From the NCBI GenBank assembly GCA_963810095.1, contig CAWEMM010000001.1:96001-160000 (forward strand): a stretch of 64,000 nt of DNA, read 5' to 3'. The notes below the pieces were generated by a model, which was given only the letters and a program-made list of their open reading frames with translations, did not search any database and was not told where the DNA came from. Numbering within the stretch: position 1 is the stretch's first letter; every line of letters starts with the position of its first letter. Source of the DNA: an uncultured Chloroflexia bacterium (GTDB lineage: Bacteria; Chloroflexota; Anaerolineae; CG2-30-64-16). The position numbers and the translations under genes were made by a program. Below, piece after piece: positions 43,932 to 53,555 of the stretch.

Positions 43932-44051
43932 CCTTGTCCACCTCCGGCGAGGGCCTCGGTTCACCGGTCAACCAGCTGTTGATCCGTAAGGTCGTTGCTT
44001 GGCAGCAGAAAAGAGAGCAGGAGCTTGGTCCTCAGAGGACTGACAACGGCG

Positions 44052-44080
44052 ATAATAACGGATTTCACACTCCCTGTCAA
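44052..44080 (-). promoter_or_regulatory. Sigma70 promoter of the molybdo-oxidoreductase gene
   Basis: TTGACA-N17-TATTAT on the minus strand. Confidence 0.75.
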
Positions 44081-44192
44081 TACCCAATTTACAAAACCGG
44101 AGCAATGTCATTGTGTACATTACGGAGCTGTGGCATACTGAGTACCTGGCGGCCGTCGAGCGCCACCGCATCCGGTCAACACGGACAACGTC

Positions 44193-45370
44193 ATGGGCGA
44201 CATCTTTCGAGACAACAGGCGCCTGTTTGTCTTCATCATCCTCTCCAACTTCCTGCTGAACTTCGGCTTCCAGGTCTGGCAAACGCTTTTCAACAATTAC
44301 GCGGTCGACCAGCTTGGCATGGGCCCCGCGCAAATCGGCGTCATCCAGGCCGTGCGCGAAATCCCCGGGCTGCTGGGGTTCGCCATCGCGTTTCTCGCCC
44401 TGTTCATCACCGAGTTTCGCATCATGACGCTGAGCGTCATCGTGCTCGGCATCGGGGTCGCGCTGACAGGCAAGGCCACGGGCTTCTCATCACTGATGAT
44501 TACCACCTTCGTGATGAGCCTGGGGTTTCATTTCTTCATGCCGAGCAGCAATTCGATTGTGCTGATGCTGATGAAGCAGGAGGACACGCCGAAGACGCTG
44601 GGCAACCTGGGCAGCCTCGGCTCGCTGGCATCCGTGGCCGGCACCGGCGCAGTCCTGCTCTTCGCCGGCGCGCTGGGCTACGCCAACATGTTCATCTCGG
44701 TGGGCATCCTGGTCGTCCTTGCCGGGCTGCTGCTTCTGCCCTTCGGCAACATCCGGAGCAACCTTCCTAAAGGGCGCAAGGCTCAGTGGCGCAAGCGGTA
44801 TTGGCTCTACTACACGCTGTCGTTCCTGCTGGGCAGCCGGCGCCACATCTTCACCACCTTTGCGGTCCTGCTGCTCGTGCAGAAGTTCGGGGTCAGCGTG
44901 CAGACCACCGCGCTGCTCTTCCTGGTAAACGGCATCATCAACGTGATCACACTGCGCTGGACGGGCCGGTTGGTTGGCGTCCTCGGCGAACGGCGGCCAT
45001 GACGATCACCTTTGCGTCCCTGGCATTGATCTTCCTCGGCTACGCTTATGTCAATTTCTTGCCTATGCTCTTCATCTTCTTCATCCTCGACAACATCTTC
45101 TTCGGCTTCAACGTCTCGCTGTCGAGCTACTTCCAGAAGATCGCGGTGTCAAAGGAAGAGGTGACGGCGAACGTCTCCACCCAGCAGTCGATCGAGCACA
45201 TTGCAGCGATCACCGTGCCGCTCGTCGGGGGCACCGTTTGGGCCATCTACGGCAGTCAGGCGCCGTTCCTCTTCGGCGTGGTGATCGTGCTCATGGGGCT
45301 GGTGCTCGCGCAGTTCATGAACGTGAGGCCTGCGGCGGGAGCGCTGTCCGCGGCGCCCGTGCCCGAGTAA
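44193..45370 (+). CDS. MFS transporter (frameshift ~44995)
   Basis: Two hydrophobic ORF halves join into about 12 TM segments; VREIPG motif. Confidence 0.85.
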
Positions 45371-45488
45371 CCCCTGCCGGTTTGGCCGACCGAGGCGCTT
45401 TGCCGGGCACCGGTCGGTGCCGAATTGATCGAAGCCGCCCTGGTGCTAGAATCTCAGGCAGAAATCGATACAAAGGAGTGTCAAGGTC

Positions 45489-48400
45489 ATGCCCGAACAG
45501 GAGTATTGGGATCGTTATCTGGGCGCCGATCTCGGCGTCGTCGATCCCGACATCGACGCAATTATCGACTTCGAGGAAGAGCGCCAGGCGCGCAAGCTCA
45601 TCATGATCCCCTCCGAGTCGATGGCCCCGCTAGCAGTCCGCCAGGCCCTCGGTTCCGTCTTCAACAACGTCTACGCCGAAGGCTACCCGCCCCTCCGCAT
45701 GACACGCGACGACGAAGACCTGCTGCTCGACTATCCCCACCAACTCGCCTATTACCGCCGCTACGCAGATCGCCGCTTCTATAAGGGCGTGGACTACGTC
45801 CACTTCGTGGAGACCCTGGCCCAGCGCCGGGCCGCGCTGATCTTCGCAAACGAGCGCGTGTCGGACAAGAACATCTACGTGAACGTCCAACCGCTTTCGG
45901 GCGCGGCCGCGAACCTGGCCGTGTACGATACGTTCCTGCAGACCGGCGACACGGTCATGGGCATGGACCTGTTTCAGGGCGGGCACCTGACCCACGGCAG
46001 CGAGTTTAACTTCTCGGGAAAGCGCTTCAAGGTCGCGTCGTATGGCGTGAGCAAGTCGACCGGCAAGCTCGACTACGACGAGATCCGCGAGCTGGCGCGG
46101 CAGCACCGCCCCAAGATGATCATAGCGGGCTTCACGTCCTACACGTGGGCGCCAGACTGGCAGCTTTTCGCGGAGATCGCACACGAAGTGGGCGCGGTGC
46201 TGCTGGCGGATATCAGCCACCCGGCAGGCATGGCGACTGCAGGCGCATACCCAAACCCCATCGGCATCGCCGACGTGGTCACATGCACGACACACAAGAC
46301 GCTGTGCGGCCCGCGTGGCGCGATCATCATGACAACTGACGAAGACCTGGCCAAGCGCATCGACATGGCGGTATTCCCCGGCGAGCAGGGTGGCCCGCAC
46401 ACGCAGAAGTTCGCGGCCATGGCCGTCGCATTCAAGATTGCGGGCACGACCGAGTACAAACGCATGATGCACGGGATCAAGGAGAACGCCGCGGCGTTGG
46501 CGGATGGCCTGATCCGGCGCGGGCTGAAGCTGGCGTATGGCGGCACGGACACCCATTTCTGCATGCTGGACCTCAACAGCGTCAAGGCGAAAACGGGCTT
46601 TCCCCTGCGCGGCGAGCCCGCGGTCCGCATCCTGGACCTGGCGGGCATCGTGGCAAACAAGAACACCATCCCCGGCGACTCGCTCACCGCGCTGGCCATG
46701 GGCATTCGCCTGGGTACGCCCTGGCTCACCCAACGTGGATTCGGGCCGGCCGAGATCGACCAGGTCGCGGAGCTGATCCACCGCACGGTGACGAGCATCC
46801 AGCCGTTCAGTTATACGGGCCTGTCGGGCGAGCTGCCCCGCGGGAAGATCGACCTGGACGTGTTCGAGGGGATCAAGCGCGAGGTGGCGGAACTGGCGGA
46901 GAGCGGCGCGGCGGAAACCTCCAGCCGGGGCTCCCAGTATCCCCACTATTACATGCTGCCCCCGGCGCCGGCTCAGACGGAGGCAGCCGAGGGCGGAACG
47001 CCGGACCCGGTCGAACTGCAAGCGGCCCAGGCAGGCGCCGCCCTCCTCGACGTGCGCGCCTGCGGGCTGCTGCTCGTGTCAGGCGACCGGGCCGAGGCCG
47101 GGCTGAACCAGATCGTGACGGCCGACGTGCCCTGCCTGAAGCCGGGCCAGACCGTTCCCACGTTCATCCTGGACGCGGACGGGGCCGTGATGGACGACGT
47201 CTTCGTCATGCGCCTGCCCGCCGACGAATACGGGCGGCATCGCTTCATCCTGCGCACCCAGCCGGAAAACCACGAGCGCGTGAAGGCGTGGCTGCGGGGC
47301 CTGGGCGACGGATACATGCTGTTCGACCGGCACGACGTGTTCCGCAAGGTCGAGGGGCCGCTGGTGGTCGAAGACCTGCGGTACGAGAGCGCCGCCAAGG
47401 GCGGCGAGGGGAAGTACGTCGCGCTGGCGCTGCACGGTCCCAAGTCGCAGGAGATTGCGTCGAAGGCGCTGCCGGGAGCCGAGGGGGCTGGCGAAGGCGA
47501 TGCGCTCCCGTCCGTCCTCGCATTTGCGCTTGGACCCGGGCATGTCGAGTTCGTGATAGCAGGGGACGGCGGCGATGCGATCGCGCGGCTCGCGGCCGCG
47601 GGTGCGACGCAGGCCGGGCCGGCCGCGCTTAGAGCGTTCCGCCAGGGATCGGGGCTTCCTGACTACGCGAAGGAGCGTCCGACGGGTGCAGAGGTATTGA
47701 GCCGGACGCAGCCAATCCGCTTTGAGCTGTGCAAGCCATACATGGTGGGGCAGCAGGTTTTTGCAGGAGTCGGCGCGCGAAATGCCTCGCCGGCGCCCGC
47801 CTTCGAATGGCAGGAACCGGAAGGCGCGCCGCTCAAGCGCACCGCGCTGTACGAGTGGCACAAGGCACACACCCGGCACATCGTCCCGTTCGCGGGCTGG
47901 GAGATGCCCGTGTGGTACACGGGCGTGCTCGACGAACACAACGCCGTGCGTAAAGCCGCCGGACTGTTCGACGTCTCGCACATGGGCGTCTTCGAGGCCA
48001 CGGGCCCCCACGCCGAAGAGTTCCTCGACCTCGTGCTCAGCAACTACGTCCGCTGGTATGCGCCGGGCGAGAGCTTCTACTCCTACCTGCTCGACCAGGA
48101 CGGCAACGTCATCGACGATCTGCTGGTCTATCGCCGGGCGAAGGACAACTTCCAGATCGTCGTCAATGCGTCGAACGCGGACAAGGACTGGGCCTGGATC
48201 AACGCGGTCAACCGCGGCGAAGTCCTGCTCGATCGCAACCGGCCGGAACTGCGCGTGCTGCGGCCCGCCACCCTGCGCAACCTCAAGGACCCGTCGAGCG
48301 GGCCGGACAGGCGCGTCGATCTGGCGCTCCAGGGCCCTGCGTCGATGCGCATCCTGCAGAGCATGACGGAGGACCCCCGGCTGCAGGAGCGCATCGGCCG

Positions 48401-49083
48401 GCTCCCCCGTACCGGAGTGGACCACTGGCGGCTCGCGGGCTACGACCTGGTGGTGGCGCGCACGGGCTACACCGGGGAGGATGTAGGCTACGAGATTTTC
48501 GTCCATCCGGATCGCGCCGTGGCCTTCTGGGAGGCGCTGCTCGAGGCGGGCAAGCCGTTCGGTCTGCAACCCACGGGCCTTGCCGCCCGCGACAGCACCC
48601 GCACCGAGGCAGGTCTGCCCCTCTACGGGCATGAGCTGGCGGGGCCGTTCAACATCTCGCCCGCGGGCGCGCGCTTCGCCGCTTACGTCAAGCTCCACAA
48701 GCCCTACTTCGTGGGCCGGGATGCCTACCTCGCAAAGGAACGGGAACGGACGATGGAGGTGGCGCGCTTCCGCATGAACGACAAGGGCGTGCGCATGCCG
48801 AAGACGGGCGATCCTGTGGTGAACAAGAAGGGCCAGGCGCTGGGCTGGGTGACGAGCGCGGCGGTGGACGTGGACGGGGTCATCTTGGGCCTCGCGTACA
48901 TCCAGAGCCGGTATGCGAAGCCGGGCGAGGAAATCGGCATCTTCAACCTGCCGCAGAAGCCGCTGGTCGAGAAGGGCAACAAGGCCGAGCTGGCGCCGGG
49001 GGACAAGATCGCGCCTGTCCGACAGCGCGGTGCTGCTCCCCCGCTTCCCCGGCAAGGCCGAACGGGCCCACTGGCGGGGATAG
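45489..49083 (+). CDS. glyA-gcvT: Fusion protein: serine hydroxymethyltransferase + degenerate GcvT-like domain + glycine cleavage T protein (probable frameshift ~49012)
   Basis: SHMT motifs YAEGYP, GGHLTHG, TTHKTLCGPRG and QGGP; GcvT motifs FAGWEMP, FDVSHMG, RTGYTGE and ARDSTRTEAG, all in one continuous frame. Confidence 0.92.
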
Positions 49084-49089
49084 ACGCTA

Positions 49090-49185
49090 AACACAAAGAC
49101 ACGAAGACACGAAGGCTTACAAGAGCAAGAAACCCGGTTTCTGCGTGGAAACCGGGTTTCTTCTGTGCCTTGGTGTCTTTGTGTT
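49090..49185. repeat. Family 1 palindromic element containing a nested second palindrome
   Basis: AACACAAAGACACGAAGACACGAAG...GTGTCTTTGTGTT encloses AAGAAACCCGGTTTC-N6-GAAACCGGGTTTCTT (49127-49162). Confidence 0.8.
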
Positions 49186-49198
49186 GAAGTGCTCCCGC

Positions 49199-51058
49199 TT
49201 ACGCGGCGGCTTCGGCCGCGATGCTGCGGGCCTTCCTGTCCTTCTTGCGGTCGTCGGTGCCGAGGATACGCTTGCGCATGCGGATGCTCTTCGGCGTGAT
49301 CTCGACCAACTCGTCGTCCGTGATGTACTCCAGGCAGTCGTCCAGCGACATATTAATGGGCGTCTCGAGGTGCACCAACTCGTCCCCGGCCGACGACCGG
49401 TGGTTGGTCAGGTGCTTCTTCTTGGTCACGCTCAGCACCAGGTCCTCTTCGGTCGGCCGGCGACCCACAATCATGCCCTCATAAACATCCACGCCGCCGC
49501 TAATGAACAGCTTGCCGCGCTCCTGCGCGTTGAACAGCGCGTAGTTCGTGCTCACGCCATTCTCCCAAGCCACCAGCGAACCGGTCTGTCGCGACTTGAT
49601 CGTGCCCATGTACGGCTCGTACCCGCAGAAGATGCTGTGGATGATGCCCATCCCGCGCGTCGCCGTCAGGAACGACTGGCGGAACCCGAGCAGGCCCCGG
49701 GTTGGCACGAGGAAGGTGTAGTACACGGTACCGGAGGAGCCGTTGGAGCCCTGGTGCATGTTCGTCATCTGCCCCTTGCGCGGGCCGAGCATTTCGACGA
49801 CGACGCCGGAGTACGGTTCGGGCACCTCAATATGGACTTCCTCCATGGGCTCCAGCTTCTCGCCGGTGTCCGGATCGTCATGCATGATGACCTCCGGCGC
49901 GCTGACCTGGAACTCGTACCCCTCGCGACGCATCGTCTCGATCAGGATGGCCAAGTGCAACTCGCCGCGGCCGCTGACCAGGAACGTGTCCGCCGCATCC
50001 GTCGGCTCGACGCGCAGCGCCACGTCGCGCTCCACCGCCCGCTCGAGCCGCTCCTTGATCTTGCGGCTGGTGACCCAGGTGCCTTCACGGCCCGAGAAGG
50101 GCGAGGTGTTAACGCCGAAGGTCATGCGAACCGTGGGCTCTTCGACGGTAATGGTCGGCAGGGGCCGGGGATCGGCGGCATCGGCAATCGTCTCTCCGAT
50201 ATTGATGTCGGGGACGCCCGTCATCGCAATAATCTCGCCTGCCTCGGCCTCCTGGACCTCCACGCGCTCCAGCCCCTCATAGATGAAGAGCTGGGCAATC
50301 TTCTCCTGGTGGATCTCGCCTTCGCGGTCGATACGCGCAATCGCTTGCGCCTTGCGCAGCGTGCCCGCATAAAGCCGGCCCATGATGATCTTGCCCTTGT
50401 AGTCGTCGTACGACAGGTTCGTGACGAGCATCTGGGCCAGCGCATCAGGATCGACATCCGGCGCAGGCAACGAGTTGACGATCGCGTCAAAAAGCGGCTT
50501 CAGGCTGGGTTCCAGGTGGTCCGGATCGGTGCCGGCCTGGCCGGACGTGGCAATGGAGTATATGACGGGGAACTCGGCCTGTTCTTCCGTCGCGCCCAGG
50601 TTAATGAACAAGTCAAACGCCTCGTCGACCGCCCAAGCCGGCCGCGCATGGTTGCGGTCGACCTTGTTGATCACGAGGATCGCGCGGCGCCCCAACTCGA
50701 GGGCCTTGCGGAGCACGAACCGGGTCTGGGGCATGACGCCCTCGGCCGCATCGACCAGCAGCAGCACGCCGTCGACCATGTTCAGGACCCGCTCGACCTC
50801 GCCGCCGAAATCGGCGTGGCCGGGCGTGTCCACAATGTTGATCTTGATCCCGCCGTAGCGCACCGCGGTGTTCTTAGCCAGGATGGTGATGCCGCGTTCG
50901 CGTTCCAGGTCGTTCGAGTCCATCACACGCTCGGGAACGTTCTGGTTGTCGCGGAAAACACGCGACTGCTTAAGCATGGCATCGACCAGCGTGGTCTTGC
51001 CGTGATCGACGTGCGCGATGATGGCGATGTTGCGGATGTCTTCTCGTTTGACCTGCAT
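49199..51058 (-). CDS. typA: Translational GTPase TypA/BipA
   Basis: [31 protein letters not shown] and GRGELHL motifs. Confidence 0.97.
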   Translation of the reverse strand: MQVKREDIRNIAIIAHVDHGKTTLVDAMLKQSRVFRDNQNVPERVMDSNDLERERGITILAKNTAVRYGGIKINIVDTPGHADFGGEVERVLNMVDGVLLLVDAAEGVMPQTRFVLRKALELGRRAILVINKVDRNHARPAWAVDEAFDLFINLGATEEQAEFPVIYSIATSGQAGTDPDHLEPSLKPLFDAIVNSLPAPDVDPDALAQMLVTNLSYDDYKGKIIMGRLYAGTLRKAQAIARIDREGEIHQEKIAQLFIYEGLERVEVQEAEAGEIIAMTGVPDINIGETIADAADPRPLPTITVEEPTVRMTFGVNTSPFSGREGTWVTSRKIKERLERAVERDVALRVEPTDAADTFLVSGRGELHLAILIETMRREGYEFQVSAPEVIMHDDPDTGEKLEPMEEVHIEVPEPYSGVVVEMLGPRKGQMTNMHQGSNGSSGTVYYTFLVPTRGLLGFRQSFLTATRGMGIIHSIFCGYEPYMGTIKSRQTGSLVAWENGVSTNYALFNAQERGKLFISGGVDVYEGMIVGRRPTEEDLVLSVTKKKHLTNHRSSAGDELVHLETPINMSLDDCLEYITDDELVEITPKSIRMRKRILGTDDRKKDRKARSIAAEAAA

Positions 51059-51107
51059 GCTTCACCTGTTTCCGGTTCCGGGCAGCGCGCCCATTGGGCG
51101 TTAATCC

Positions 51108-51142
51108 AAAAACGCCGGAAGCCCTCAGAAAGCTCCCGGCGT
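51108..51142 (-). terminator. Terminator-like hairpin 2 in the typA leader
   Basis: ACGCCGGGAGC-N9-GCTTCCGGCGT-TTTT on the minus strand. Confidence 0.55.
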
Positions 51143-51178
51143 CTCTCGTAGACGCAACGCGCCACAAACAAGACGCTC

Positions 51179-51212
51179 AAAAAAAGTCAGCCCGCTTGGC
51201 GCTGCGGCTGAC
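51179..51212 (-). terminator. Terminator-like hairpin 1 upstream of typA
   Basis: GTCAGCCGC...GCGGGCTGAC followed by T7 on the minus strand. Confidence 0.6.
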
Positions 51213-51226
51213 AATTCAGTAAGAGC

Positions 51227-51255
51227 ATTGTAGCTTAAATCCTGTGAGAAATCAA
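51227..51255 (-). promoter_or_regulatory. Candidate typA promoter
   Basis: TTGATT-N17-TACAAT on the minus strand. Confidence 0.55.
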
Positions 51256-51333
51256 ATTCGTGATATGCTTGTCCCGGAAACCGGGGCGCCATTCCGTGGC
51301 GCACGCATAAATTTGGATCGAGGGAGGAAGCGC

Positions 51334-51894
51334 ATGGGAAAACTGATCTATTCCATCACAATGTCGCTGGACGGTTACATCGAAGATGAGAGCGGTAAGT
51401 TCGATTGGTATACGCCGGACGAAGAGGTACACCAGTACATCAACGACCAGCAGCGGGAAATCGGCACGTATCTCTTCGGCCGCCGAATGTACGAGACGAT
51501 GGCCGTCTGGGACACGGACCCGGCGCTCGCTGCAGGCTCGCCGGTCACGGCCGACTATGCGCAGATCTGGCGGGGCATCGACAAGATCGTCTACTCGAGC
51601 ACGTTGGAGTCGGCGGTCACGCCCAGGACGCGGATCGAGCGGCAGTTTGACCCTGAGGCGGTTCGCCGGCTCGTCGAGTCATCGGAGCGCACGGTCGAGG
51701 TAGGTGGGCCGGAGCTGGCGGCGCACGCATTCAGGGCCGGGTTGGTGGACGAAGTAGACTTGTACGTCGCGCCCGTTGCCCTCGGAGGGGGCAAGCCCTG
51801 CCTCCCGCGCGGCGTCTTCCTGAGTCTCGAGCTGATCGACGAACGCCGTTTCGCAGGCGGCGTGGTGTACCTGCGGTACCGGACGGCCGGCTAA
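51334..51894 (+). CDS. Dihydrofolate reductase family protein (RibD C-terminal-like)
   Basis: MSLDGYI, LFGRRMYE, GLVDE and PVALGGGKP motifs. Confidence 0.88.
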   Translation: MGKLIYSITMSLDGYIEDESGKFDWYTPDEEVHQYINDQQREIGTYLFGRRMYETMAVWDTDPALAAGSPVTADYAQIWRGIDKIVYSSTLESAVTPRTRIERQFDPEAVRRLVESSERTVEVGGPELAAHAFRAGLVDEVDLYVAPVALGGGKPCLPRGVFLSLELIDERRFAGGVVYLRYRTAG

Positions 51895-51903
51895 GTCGCT
51901 GAC

Positions 51904-52734
51904 CTACAGCTTGCGCCCCTTGTTGACCATCAACCCGGGCTGGCAGGTGCGGCAGAAATAAGTCGTCGAGCGCTCGTAGGTGATCGTGCTGATCCGCCCG
52001 GCGCAGCGGGGGCACTCCGCGTCTTCCTTGCCGTGAATCGCGAGGAAGTCGCGGATCTCCACGTCGATACTGTCGCCCACGCGCTCGCGCAGCGTCTCGA
52101 TCGCCCGCTGCAAGACCACACGCATGCACCGGTGCAGCCGGTCTACCTCCTCAGCACTGAGGGTCGCGCGGCGCCGCATCGGATAGATGGCCGCGCACCA
52201 GAGGATTTCGTCGGCGTACGCGTTGCCGATGCCGGCCACGAACGCCTGGTTCGTGAGCACGCCCTTGATTTCGCCCTGGAACTTGCGCAGGCGGAGGCGA
52301 AAGGCTTCAAGCGTCAGTTCCGGGTCGTCCGCCTCGGGGCCCATGCCCGCCATCCCCGGCACCTGGTCTACATCGCTCGTTATGTAGACCTTCCCCATGT
52401 CCTTCGGATCGTGATAGCGCAGCTCCATGCCGTTGTCGAGCGCAAGCACCAGCCCGTCGCGCACCCGCTTCTTGCCCAGCGGTGCCGCGTAGCGGATGCG
52501 GCCGGCCAGCATGGCGTTCACGACGAGGGTTACGCCGTCGAGCGAAAGGAGCAAGAACTTGCCGCGGCGCGAGACGTCGACGAAGCGCCGGCCGACCAGC
52601 GCCGAAGCGAGGTCGCCGCCGAGCAGGTTGCGGACGATGAGCGGACGCGGGGACTCCGCGGAGCTAATGGTGGCGCCGGGAAGGCGCGACGCAAGATACT
52701 CGCGGATAACTTCGAGATCGGGGAGTTCTGGCAT
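51904..52734 (-). CDS. Fpg/Nei family DNA glycosylase
   Basis: MPELPD, RRGKFL, H2TH motif GIGNAYADE and a C4 zinc finger. Confidence 0.92.
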   Translation of the reverse strand: MPELPDLEVIREYLASRLPGATISSAESPRPLIVRNLLGGDLASALVGRRFVDVSRRGKFLLLSLDGVTLVVNAMLAGRIRYAAPLGKKRVRDGLVLALDNGMELRYHDPKDMGKVYITSDVDQVPGMAGMGPEADDPELTLEAFRLRLRKFQGEIKGVLTNQAFVAGIGNAYADEILWCAAIYPMRRRATLSAEEVDRLHRCMRVVLQRAIETLRERVGDSIDVEIRDFLAIHGKEDAECPRCAGRISTITYERSTTYFCRTCQPGLMVNKGRKL

Positions 52735-52775
52735 AATAGTTGGCCTCGGGCATCATTCTACCATGGAACCCGCAT

Positions 52776-52899
52776 GCGAGGGCGAGGCAAACGGAGTACC
52801 GCGCAACCGACGGGCACGGGCGAGGCAAACCGGGTTCGCCTCGCCCTCGTGCAGGTCGGACAAAAAGGACGAGGCATGACCTGCGTGCCTTGCGCCTAC
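52776..52899. repeat. REP cluster 5' of RAYT
   Basis: Repeated GGGCGAGGCA units, a GCCTCGCCC arm and a degenerate ...CCTAC end. Confidence 0.7.
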
Positions 52900-52910
52900 A
52901 GGAGACCAGA

Positions 52911-53420
52911 ATGGGCCATGACCCGCAAGGCCATCACCGACAGTCAATCCGTCTGCCAGGATACGACTACCGGCAGGCGGGCTGGTATTTTGTGACTCTC
53001 GTGACGGTGAGACGGGACTGCCTCTTCCTTCGCAATGATATGCGGGAGGCTGCGGAAGGACTGTTCGTCGCGCTTCCGGATCATTTCCCCCGCCTCAAAA
53101 TCGACGAGTGGGTCTTGATGCCGAACCAACTGCACGCGATCCTCGTGTTGACAGGCTCACCCGATCCGGAAGAGGTGTGCACGCCTTCGGGTGGGGTAAG
53201 TTCGGGTTCGCTCGGCGCAGTCATCGGCAACTACAAATCCGTCTCGACACGCCGGCTCAACCGGGTAATGGGAGGATTCGCGGGAAGGCAGATTTGGCAG
53301 CGGGGCTATTACGAACACATCATCCGGTCGGAGATCGAGCTCTCTGCGATACGGGAGTACATACGTCGAAACCCCGCCAACTGGGAGCTCGATGCGGAGT
53401 ACAGCACGCATGCTCTGTAG
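52911..53420 (+). mobile_element. REP-associated tyrosine transposase (RAYT, Y1/IS200 family)
   Basis: RQSIRLPGYDY, YFVTL, MPNQLH, WQRGYYEHIIR and EYIRRNP motifs. Confidence 0.88.
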
Positions 53421-53515
53421 GGGCGAGGCAAGCGTGCTTGCCTCGCCCGCCGTCTCGCACGCCCGCGAAAAGGGCGAGGCCTCCGTCATTGCGTGCGGGG
53501 ATGCCTCGCCCCTAC
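53417..53515. repeat. REPIN (inverted REP doublet) 3' of RAYT
   Basis: GTAGGGGCGAGGCA..TGCCTCGCCC ... GGGCGAGGC..TGCCTCGCCCCTAC. Confidence 0.85.
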
Positions 53516-53555
53516 ATCACGGGGTCGCCGCGGCACGACGGCCCGCCGCCTACCG

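Noticed and set aside
38643-43982. Long + strand ORFs (763 aa and 838 aa) and similar antisense ORFs elsewhere, such as 49145-51151 and 12639-14570
   Set aside because: They are shadow ORFs opposite well-supported genes in high-GC DNA and have no recognisable motifs.
49012-49187. C-terminal extension of GlyA-GcvT through the palindromic element
   Set aside because: Removing one base near 49012 gives a plausible end at TAG 49083, just before the element.
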